Part shown: positions 37,649 through 45,406 of the stretch, piece after piece | Numbering within the stretch: the stretch's first letter is position 1 | Layout of the letters: each line of letters starts with the position of its first letter | DNA from: a virus | Virus record (IMG/VR): IMGVR_UViG_3300045988_161245 | Span: 148,685 to 212,684 of that record | Length of the DNA: 64,000 nucleotides | Direction: 5' to 3' (one strand) | The notes under the pieces: model-generated | The model's database searches: none | What the model was told of the DNA's origin: nothing | What the model saw: the letters and a program-made list of their open reading frames with translations, nothing else | Made by a program: the position numbers and the translations under genes

Positions 37649-37953
37649 TTCCAAAAACAAAGATTTAATAAATATTACAAACATTTTTGAGATCTCAATC
37701 TTCTTATAAGGCTTACGCCGATCCCACTCGACCCTGGAACTTCTGAAGATTTTTATGAACTCTGCTTCATTCATAAAAGTTTAGCCATTGAAGAATACCT
37801 CTAGCAGTTTCGGTTTCTTACGCATAGCTTCAAGATTTCAGAACTACTGCGCTCTGTAGGTGGTGGATCATACACGATATTGTGTAGTCAAACGGTACGG
37901 CAACTCGATGTTGAGAAGCGTTTTCTGTGACACCACATATCTGAAATCTCTAA

Positions 37954-38020
37954 CAGGACATCTGGGAGTCGAACCCAGTACAGACTGCTCAAAGTCTCTT
38001 CACCATCGAAGTCATGTCAC
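37954..38020 (-). tRNA. compact 67-nt tRNA-like gene with a 6-nt (or 8-nt) anticodon loop
   Basis: GTGACAT-GA-CTTC-GATGGT-GAAG-AGACT-TTGAGC-AGTCT-GTA-CTGGG-TTCGACT-CCCAG-ATGTCCT-G. One acceptor mismatch. The anticodon loop is not 7 nt. Confidence 0.4.
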
Positions 38021-38077
38021 ACCTCAACACTTTAGGAGGTATAAGAAATAAGAAATCTATTTGGGTAGCTAACCCAA

Positions 38078-38146
38078 ATCCTGGATGCGGATTCGAACCG
38101 GCAAATACATGAGTTTCATGTGTTATAACCATTTAACTATCCAGGA
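38078..38146 (-). tRNA. tRNA-like gene whose anticodon arm is replaced by a 6-bp/3-nt-loop hairpin
   Basis: Perfect acceptor TCCTGGA/TCCAGGA, TA, D arm GTTA-AATGGTTA-TAAC, then ACATGA-AAC-TCATGT. The T arm has loop TTCGAAT but a weak stem. It is followed by hairpin TTGGGTTAGCTACCCAA. Confidence 0.45.
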
Positions 38147-38676
38147 CGTTCCAACTGCGGCTTTGTTAGAACTAAGAAACAAGGTTTTAATAACCGCATT
38201 GATTTATTTATAAGATGAACTTCACCACTTATCAGCCTTGTACAAACCACAGAGCCGATATAATCATGCTACAAAACTTTTTCAAGGTTTTTATCAAACT
38301 TTGGAACTTATCAACTTTACTACGTGAACTTTATATCAAAAATAAGCTTTGAATTTTGAGCTTTAAGGTTTGAACTTTCTATCTTTAAACTTTACAGTCA
38401 TCCAAAATAAGTATTATATAATCTACCAATTATAGAATTTTGTAATGTTCAGATTATCATTCTGACCTTTTTTACATTAATTTTTGAGGCCAGCTTGTTT
38501 AATTTTTTACTTTACTCTATGCTGGCTGAAAGACTAAAGGATTATAGTTCAGTGGTTTTCGATAAGCAATGAAGGAAATCTTTTATACAACTATTCGTAT
38601 AACAATGGCTATTTAGCTATTATATGGATCAAAAATCGCTTGTATAATTTTTAACTAATAATTCACTGACCATTTA

Positions 38677-39327
38677 TTAATACTCAATTGTAACTGTTGT
38701 TAATGCATTACTTGTGCTTAAAACGGAGTCTACTTCAGCTTCAAATGAGGAAATTTCGTCAGATAAAACACGGATTTTATTTTGTACATTAATCGGATCA
38801 ACTAACGCCCATGTGTTAAGATCAACGTACTGCTGTTTAGCTTTTGTAACTTCATCGGTAGAAGTTTTACCCTCTTTCTGTCCAAAAAGACCAGTTACAT
38901 AATTTTCTGATTTACTTTCAAGAGTTTCATTCTCTTTATTTGTTTTTGCCTGTGCCTGAGAAAGCTGTTGCTGCATTCTGTCAAGCATCTGTCTCTTAAA
39001 CATCATACTGTTATTTTTCATGTTGATTGCTTCTGCTACAGTACGTTCTTCTTCGTTTTCTCCAATTTTAATCTTAACTTTTGTTACTGCATTTGAAAGC
39101 ATTACTGCTCTCTGCAGAGCTTCAAGTCTACTCATAAGATCTACATCTTTGTCGTAACATCCTGTAACAATCTTCTCATATTCATCAACATCCATTCCAG
39201 AAATTTTTGACTGAGAATTTTTCTTGCAAGATACAAAAATTGAATTGTAAATCTCACTCTGGATTCTGTCTTTAAGGATTTTGATTTCTGCTAATGCTTT
39301 ATGTACTGTCATAGTTTCTTTCGTCAT
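38677..39327 (-). CDS. coiled-coil hypothetical protein (distant paralogue of 40023-40544?)
   Basis: 216-aa ORF with RBS AAGGAG. The only gene inside the tRNA island. Confidence 0.55.
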   Translation of the reverse strand: MTKETMTVHKALAEIKILKDRIQSEIYNSIFVSCKKNSQSKISGMDVDEYEKIVTGCYDKDVDLMSRLEALQRAVMLSNAVTKVKIKIGENEEERTVAEAINMKNNSMMFKRQMLDRMQQQLSQAQAKTNKENETLESKSENYVTGLFGQKEGKTSTDEVTKAKQQYVDLNTWALVDPINVQNKIRVLSDEISSFEAEVDSVLSTSNALTTVTIEY

Positions 39328-39398
39328 AATGTTCTTCTCCTTTAAATTGAATTTTATTCTTTAAATTTTTAACTTTGAAATACTCATTTCTGAGTTAA

Positions 39399-39470
39399 CT
39401 GCACCTGTTGGAATCGAACCAACATCTGATGATCCAAGGTCATCCGTGATAACCATTACACTAAGATGCT
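39399..39470 (-). tRNA. tRNA-like gene, anticodon loop CCTTGGA (TTG with C33, or shifted TGG); A1/A72 mismatch
   Basis: AGCATCT-TA-GTGTAATGGTTATCAC-G-GATGA-CCTTGGA-TCATC-AGAT-GTTGG-TTCGATT-CCAAC-AGGTGCA-G. The cloverleaf is good but position 33 is C. Confidence 0.55.
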
Positions 39471-40022
39471 TTATATTGACGGTTGTTACACCGTCATATA
39501 TGTCTTCGTCAGACAAATTTTTATTCACTCAGATTCGCTACTTTCTAATCCGTTCTCTTATGAACTGCTGCTTCAGTCACCTGGCAGATTCGCCCTTGTT
39601 CCATACCAATCACTTGTATGTACTCTCTATTTTCCAAGTTAGGCTTCGCCTCATTTATATGAGGGTCGTAAGTTAAGTTTATCGTCATTCTTATCTGGAC
39701 TCTCTATTATTTACTTCTCAATTGTTTTTTCATCTATTCTTAAAAAGTATCTCTAACCGAACTTGATACCGAAAAGTTTTTAATTACAGTTACTAATTAA
39801 TTTGAGCCTTTATAATCTGGATCTAAGAATTAAATATGCAGACCTATCAATTAACCTTGCTGCATTACTATTGAATAAATACCTTACTGAGCTTTAATTC
39901 TATCAATAAACTCAATCAATAACTTACTATACTTGTATTAAATGTATATTTGCTTTTATATAAATAATCTATATGTAAAAGTAACTGTAATACGGAAGAT
40001 TGATTACATTAATTACTTCCCA

Positions 40023-40544
40023 TTAGAGATCAATATCAATCTCAAATTTGTACTCTACTGAACTGTTTACGATATTAAGCTCTTCCTGAATTTCTGAAAT
40101 TTCGGTATACACACTGTCATATTTTTTCTTTGCGTCCTCAAGATCATAATTCAGATAAGTGTATTCAATATCTTTATTTAATGAAGTATTTCGTTTTTTC
40201 TTCTGTCTGGTTGCAAGACCACTATAGATGCCTTTTTCTCTTTCGAGTATAGCTAATCTAATAATGTTGTCACCGACAGTCAATCCATTCTTCATAACTA
40301 CTGAGTTATTAAACAGAGACTTTGCATGTCTGATTGTAATTATCTTCCTATCAATCTCATCAATCTGAGCAATCACTTCATTTAAATTGAATTCTGCTTC
40401 CTGCTCTGCTTTAATTTGATCGTAATTCTCGGTTACTGCTACAACAAATGTTGACATTTTAGAAATCTTATCGGTAAAAATACCTTTTTCTTGCTCTAAC
40501 TTCTTAATCAGCTTATTAGCTGCATCAGATGTAACTTTTATCAT
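40023..40544 (-). CDS. coiled-coil hypothetical protein
   Basis: 173-aa ORF with RBS GGAGG. Its architecture is similar to 38677-39327. Confidence 0.55.
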   Translation of the reverse strand: MIKVTSDAANKLIKKLEQEKGIFTDKISKMSTFVVAVTENYDQIKAEQEAEFNLNEVIAQIDEIDRKIITIRHAKSLFNNSVVMKNGLTVGDNIIRLAILEREKGIYSGLATRQKKKRNTSLNKDIEYTYLNYDLEDAKKKYDSVYTEISEIQEELNIVNSSVEYKFEIDIDL

Positions 40545-40586
40545 GTTTACTACCTCCTGTTATACTCTTCTTATTCGTTTTTCATT

Positions 40587-41228
40587 TTATTCTGAAAAAT
40601 CACAAACTTTAATTTTTGTAATTACTCTTCTACCCATTCTGTCAAGCATTTCGACAGCAGGTCTGCATACAAGTCCTTCCATATTAGCTGTTCCAATATG
40701 AGATTTTGGTTTGGTCTTTACAAAATCAATTGCTTCTTGAAGTGTACCGGTAAGAACAATATCAACTATATCAATTCCAAAACTCTTTGCAATATCTTCT
40801 ACAGCATCACGTTTTAGCCATAAGTTTTGATCTGGAAGATACACATCAAAAAGAATGAATGATACGTCATCTCTATAAAGTCCACCACCCTTTTGAATTT
40901 TAGGACCATATCCTTCACCAAACAGGATTACATTCATTTCACCAAACTTCTGCTCAAACATTTCTTCATTAATAATACCGCCAAATAGTTCATTTAGTTT
41001 GTTTACCAATGGAACAGGAATTTGTGCTCTTTCTGTACGTCCCTGGAACGAAACTTTATGTCCATCCCAAACAACACCAATGTTTGTGCCATCAATTTTT
41101 TCTGAACAAAGCCATTTATTATCTTTTAAATATTCAACAGTTTCATTTCTGAACTTACAATCAATAAGCTTCTTTGTGCCATCGTTATCTCTTTCAAACG
41201 GTGTATCAATTTTTATATAAGGAATCAT
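40587..41228 (-). CDS. ATP-dependent RNA ligase (small Rnl / DRB0094-like family)
   Basis: Nucleotidyl-transferase motif I SEKIDGTN (KxDG), then FGEGYG, EGLVCRP and KIKVCDF motifs. 213 aa. Confidence 0.65.
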   Translation of the reverse strand: MIPYIKIDTPFERDNDGTKKLIDCKFRNETVEYLKDNKWLCSEKIDGTNIGVVWDGHKVSFQGRTERAQIPVPLVNKLNELFGGIINEEMFEQKFGEMNVILFGEGYGPKIQKGGGLYRDDVSFILFDVYLPDQNLWLKRDAVEDIAKSFGIDIVDIVLTGTLQEAIDFVKTKPKSHIGTANMEGLVCRPAVEMLDRMGRRVITKIKVCDFSE

Positions 41229-41242
41229 TTATTATTACCTCT

Positions 41243-42172
41243 CTATTTATTACTTCCAATTCTTTGAGCTTTTTGTTTTAGTTTTTCATTAATCTCTTTC
41301 ATCTGCATTGTAATGATTTTGTTCTGCAAGCAAGCTGGATTAATTGGAAACTGTTCATCTCTAAGAATTACTTTCGAATCTGCTTCAAATTTATTACACA
41401 TTTTTACTGCTTCATCGTAATCAAAATTTTTCATTTCAATCTTAATATCAAATCGTCCATCTCTAATAAGAGCAGGATCTAGTCTATCAATATAATTTGT
41501 TGTTGCTAAGAAAATTGTTCTCTTACATGAATTAATTCCATCTAAGAGCTGTAGCAATGCTTGAAAATTTTCTCTATCTGCAGAGGTAACACTATTATCA
41601 CGTTTACTTACCAGAACATCGATATCTTCTAACACTACAACAGAATCTTCCAATTCATCCCAGAATTCATTTTTTGTAATTAATTTTGATAAATCAGATA
41701 ATTTTAATTTAATAAGATCTAAATTATATTTCGTGGCTAAAACTTTGGCAAAAGTTGTTTTCCCAGTACCTGGATCACCGTATAATAAAATTCCAAGTTT
41801 GTGATTAATACCATGATCAACAAAATAATTTTCTGAATCAATCCATGTCTTAACATAGTCAAATATTTCTCGTTTCTCTGGAAAAATAATTGCAGATTCA
41901 TCAATACCATCAATTGAGTCTTTTTCGATAGAAAAATCATTTTTATCCAATATAATAAGATTACGTGTTTCTATAAATTTGCTTCTATATTTCTCTATAA
42001 ACCTTTTGAAAAACTCTGCATGTTTTTTTCTGTGTTTCCCATAAAAGAAAATATTGGAACTTGTCATCTTTACGAAACTACCAGTATTTTTTATATAAAC
42101 AATTATCGTTCCGTCTTTACAAATAAACCTAATTTTTTTTATTTTCTGGTAAGAGTTTATGTAATTCTCCAT
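41243..42172 (-). CDS. AAA+ ATPase (classic clade, BCS1/FtsH-like module)
   Basis: Walker A LLYGDPGTGKTT, Walker B VVVLEDID, second region of homology TTNYIDRLDPALIRDGRFD. Confidence 0.75.
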   Translation of the reverse strand: MENYINSYQKIKKIRFICKDGTIIVYIKNTGSFVKMTSSNIFFYGKHRKKHAEFFKRFIEKYRSKFIETRNLIILDKNDFSIEKDSIDGIDESAIIFPEKREIFDYVKTWIDSENYFVDHGINHKLGILLYGDPGTGKTTFAKVLATKYNLDLIKLKLSDLSKLITKNEFWDELEDSVVVLEDIDVLVSKRDNSVTSADRENFQALLQLLDGINSCKRTIFLATTNYIDRLDPALIRDGRFDIKIEMKNFDYDEAVKMCNKFEADSKVILRDEQFPINPACLQNKIITMQMKEINEKLKQKAQRIGSNK

Positions 42173-42476
42173 TTATACTATAGTAATTAGTTGGATTACA
42201 CTCATTTACATACTTTTCATACAGTAATGGATTAAGACGTTCAAGATAATAACAAAAATTATTAATCTCTTCTAAATTTACTGCACAAAATCCAATGCAT
42301 AATTTTTCCTGCAGTTTGTCAATTTTACTTATTATTATTTCTTCACATTTGTTAAAAATAATATTATTGATGTTTATTTGCATCGCATTTTTTACACCAA
42401 TTTCTTTTGTTAGTCCAATTGTATCTCTAAAATTATAAAATAATGTTTTGGTATAGATTGGTTTTGTATATTCCAT
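42129..42476 (-). CDS. hypothetical protein
   Basis: The start was moved to MEYTKPIYTK (RBS GAGGT upstream) to remove the long overlap with the macro gene. Confidence 0.4.
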   Translation of the reverse strand: MEYTKPIYTKTLFYNFRDTIGLTKEIGVKNAMQININNIIFNKCEEIIISKIDKLQEKLCIGFCAVNLEEINNFCYYLERLNPLLYEKYVNECNPTNYYSINGELHKLLPENKKN

Positions 42477-42495
42477 TTTTAACCTCGATTTTATT

Positions 42496-43272
42496 TTATT
42501 TACTAAACACCCTCTTGAATACCATGTAGTTCGTACCGCCAGGAATCGCAAATATAATATTCTCAAAAGTATCGGTATAATATTCTTCTAATTCTTTTTT
42601 GAAACTATTCGCAACAAATTCTGCATCATTACCAAATACACCACATCCCCATGCGCCAAGAATTAATGTATTAACTTCCTCTTCTTGTGCAATATCAAGC
42701 ATAAAATGTATACGATCAACCATTACAGAATTACAATCGAAATCAGATTTGCCACAATATTTTTGAGCTGCAGTTTTGTTTGGTGCTGCACAAGTAATAA
42801 CATCTACACAAATTTCTTCATCGCCTCTTATGAATAAAACATCAGGACTATATAATGCACGATTTGTATATAATGCGAAGTTCTTTGTTAATCTATTGAA
42901 TTCATAATAATCTTCATTAAATTCAGATAATACATTATATAAGAAAGAACTGTGGCAAAGCATTTCTTCCTGCGCAGACGAACCATCTAAGAATTTGCCA
43001 CCTGGATTTTTATAGCTTGCAAAATTAAGAACTACTGTTTTACCTGTATTTTCATAAGAAAATATTGCCTGTACACTATCCATATCTTCTACAGTGATTT
43101 TCTGATGAAAATCCGGTTTACTATCGCATTCTTTCTTACAATAGAATCCTTGGTCATATATCTTTGTATTGTGTACACATTCTGTAATTTCCAAGCTATA
43201 TAGCTCTTCCATTTTATTTGTGTGAGCATTCGCCTTTTTCTTTAACTCGTTTTTTCTATTCCAATATCCCAT
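42496..43272 (-). CDS. macro-domain protein, TIGR02452 / microbial PARG-like
   Basis: Signature VLNFASYKNPGGKFLDGSSAQEEMLCHSSFLYNVL and later LGAWGCGVFGND. The ATG start at 43272 overlaps the TAA of the upstream phosphatase fragment (TAATG). Confidence 0.75.
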   Translation of the reverse strand: MGYWNRKNELKKKANAHTNKMEELYSLEITECVHNTKIYDQGFYCKKECDSKPDFHQKITVEDMDSVQAIFSYENTGKTVVLNFASYKNPGGKFLDGSSAQEEMLCHSSFLYNVLSEFNEDYYEFNRLTKNFALYTNRALYSPDVLFIRGDEEICVDVITCAAPNKTAAQKYCGKSDFDCNSVMVDRIHFMLDIAQEEEVNTLILGAWGCGVFGNDAEFVANSFKKELEEYYTDTFENIIFAIPGGTNYMVFKRVFSK

Positions 43273-43462
43273 TACCAAATCCTCACAATCTGGTGATATA
43301 ATAAAATTTCTTTGTCATTTATCTGTTTATCACCATGTAAGTGTCCAAAGAACCACTTCTTGAATTCACATTTATATAAAATATGCATTTAACTCGTCTG
43401 TCTTAAAAGCTCCATGGCTATACAAAGCTTTTGTACTTGAGGTACAGTCATGTGTAATTATA
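43272..43462 (-). pseudogene. C-terminal remnant of a metallophosphatase gene disrupted by the IS (also frameshifted)
   Basis: One frame reads IITHDCTSSTKALYSHGAFKTDELNAYFI-stop. A second frame reads YKCEFKKWFFGHLHGDKQINDKEILLYHQIVRIW-stop. ITHD and GHLH are calcineurin-like phosphoesterase motifs. Confidence 0.6.
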
Positions 43463-43620
43463 TAGTGAAGCCTCACACGACTTAAGTCGCGTGCTTCCTA
43501 ATGCTGTATATTTGATATACAGTTTCCCTTTAGGGGAATCGGATTGCCTTTCCATAGATACAGTCTAAACTCAGTTACTAACTAGCATTACGCTGCTAGT
43601 GCCGCATTCAGACTAATGAG
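43463..43620 (-). ncRNA. predicted omega-RNA (reRNA) scaffold of TnpB
   Basis: The region from the tnpB 3' end to the RE contains successive hairpins on the minus strand: CTAGCAGCGTAATGCTAG, CCCCTAAAGGG, CTGTATATCAAATATACAG and CACGCGACTTAAGTCGTGTG. The guide would be the flanking ATAATTACACATGACTG. Confidence 0.5.
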
Positions 43621-44907
43621 TGTGGATAAGGTACAGGTGCTTCTCTTAGAGCATCGAGGAACTTTTGCCTCAATGTCCAACCTTAGACTCTCATCTAAGG
43701 ATTTTAATATTTCTCTGATGAAATACCTGGCTCCTATATTATAGGATGCAGATAAATCGCAGTTGTATATTTTACCGTTAGTAAATTTACAGACGCTATA
43801 AGTTGCAAGATCTGCGTCTTTACCTCGTAAAACCATGCCACTATCGTCATAAGCAAACTTGCTTGTACCCCAGGCGCAAATTCTTCTAATTCGCATACCT
43901 AAGCGGTGAACCTTGTTTGTAACAATAGCTTGTACTTCCTGACTACGCCACATATGCAGCTTTTGCTTTTTGGACCCACGAAGTTTGCCGTTGCGGTCTA
44001 GGTATTCAAAGACGATAATATCTACATTATAAAGAACAGCTATATCTGTGATAAATTGTGCTGTTTTAACAGAAATATCGTGGTTGATGCCTTTTGTTCT
44101 TGACCATAAACGAGGGGTTTTACAGTTATGATGTTGTTGTGCCTTTTTAATACGATTAATACTATGTATCAGATGGTCTATTTCTTTATTGAGGTGACAG
44201 AAATGTCTCCCAAGAATAGTGCCATCGGATCTCATTACACTAATCGTAGCTGCGGTATTGATACCAAGATCCACAGCAAGTATGGTTTGTTTATCAACAT
44301 CTGTATCGCAAAGTTTAGCTTTCTCCTCAAACGGAAAATCCAAAAACCACTCTTTCCCACGTTTTTGAAGTGTTGGAGCGCATTGCTTTCTCGTTGAACA
44401 ATGGCGATTGATATAGTCTATATCTGACTTTCTAAGGTTAACGGTGATCCAATCCCAGGTGTTGCGGATATGAACCTTGATTTGCGCTTGGTAAGTCCCT
44501 GTTTGCTCGTACATATTTGTACGATACATAGATGGGTAGATATATCCAGCTTTTGGAACCGAAGGAGCTTCCCCCTGCGGATTAGCTTTCCAGCTTGCAA
44601 AGTTGCTTTTATAAGATGATACCTTACCAATTGCTTCACTGATAGCTCCTCGGCGTAAATAACATGGAAACTTGTAAAAATGGACATCGAAATCATAAGC
44701 CACATTTGGATTGTCTTTCGTCTTATGAATCAGTGTCTCTACGAATCGTTGTTTTTCAAGTGGTTTTTCGTATGAGGTGATATTGTCCCAGTCTTCAATA
44801 CAAACATGTATCAGGTAATCTACTGCAGCACGATATACAGAAATAGTATCTTTAAAGATATGATTATAATGCTTAATTTTAACTTTGTAAGTAGAATATA
44901 TCGTCAT
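43588..44907 (-). CDS. tnpB: TnpB (RuvC-like RNA-guided nuclease, OrfB_IS605 family)
   Basis: The start was set at MTIYSTYKVKIK (RBS AAGGAGG 8 nt upstream). RuvC D in ILAVDLGIN, E in IVFEYLD, Zn-finger region CAWGTSKFAYD..CKFTNGKIYNCD, and the final D in LSASYNIGARY. Confidence 0.85.
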   Translation of the reverse strand: MTIYSTYKVKIKHYNHIFKDTISVYRAAVDYLIHVCIEDWDNITSYEKPLEKQRFVETLIHKTKDNPNVAYDFDVHFYKFPCYLRRGAISEAIGKVSSYKSNFASWKANPQGEAPSVPKAGYIYPSMYRTNMYEQTGTYQAQIKVHIRNTWDWITVNLRKSDIDYINRHCSTRKQCAPTLQKRGKEWFLDFPFEEKAKLCDTDVDKQTILAVDLGINTAATISVMRSDGTILGRHFCHLNKEIDHLIHSINRIKKAQQHHNCKTPRLWSRTKGINHDISVKTAQFITDIAVLYNVDIIVFEYLDRNGKLRGSKKQKLHMWRSQEVQAIVTNKVHRLGMRIRRICAWGTSKFAYDDSGMVLRGKDADLATYSVCKFTNGKIYNCDLSASYNIGARYFIREILKSLDESLRLDIEAKVPRCSKRSTCTLSTLISLNAALAA

Positions 44908-45070
44908 ACAGCAGACCTCCTTTCTACGTTGATACATATAATTGTCAGATTATGAGTAATAACTAATTTCCATACACAGTCTATCTAATGGACTCATCAA
45001 CGAAAACTTTTTTAAAGTGAGAGAAGCGGCTAACTCATGACTAAAGTCATGAATGTGCGCCTCTAAAATC

Positions 45071-45406
45071 ATTAATATTAAAAACTTGACCTCTCATTAG
45101 ATGAAGTACATGTGGTCTAATTTCATGTACCAGTCCACCATTCCATTCTTTTACAGGATAGTCTGCCAGTCTAGGATGACAATCGTGATTACCATCAACA
45201 AAAAGAGTTGTAAACTTTTTATTTTCAAGCCACTTAAGCCAATACTTCTCTGAAGGTGTTTCGGCTAAATAGTTCCAAACCAATCCAAAGTCGCCACAAA
45301 TAATTACATAATTTTCATTTTGATCTGTAAAAGTTTTCTGCTCTGGAAAGTTATCCATACTAAATCTTGTTACATCACCATGCGTATCACATGTTATGTA
45401 AATCAC
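45071..45406 (-). pseudogene. N-terminal part of the IS-disrupted metallophosphatase
   Basis: MIYITCDTHGD, ICGDFG and VDGNHD are calcineurin-like motifs I-III. The ORF runs into the IS left end and terminates after 6 foreign codons. Confidence 0.65.

Larger units (their letters stand above)
43463..45070 (-). mobile_element. IS200/IS605-family element carrying only tnpB (no tnpA)
   Basis: Sub-terminal hairpins are related: LE CATGACTTTAGTCATG (plus 45035-45050) and RE CACGCGACTTAAGTCGTGTG (plus 43474-43493). The element is flanked by the two halves of a phosphatase gene. Ends are estimated to about +/-10 nt. Confidence 0.7.

Noticed and set aside
37493-37774. 93-aa minus-strand ORF inside the tRNA island
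   Set aside because: It overlaps the tRNA-like gene at 37575-37648 and has no RBS and no recognisable motif. It is probably a chance ORF in non-coding sequence.
35830-40022. Stop-codon recoding with a suppressor tRNA, as in some large gut phages
   Set aside because: None of the tRNA or tRNA-like genes I folded has a CTA, TCA or TTA anticodon. Every large gene in the window reads through uninterrupted under the standard code. The only interruptions are explained by introns or the IS.
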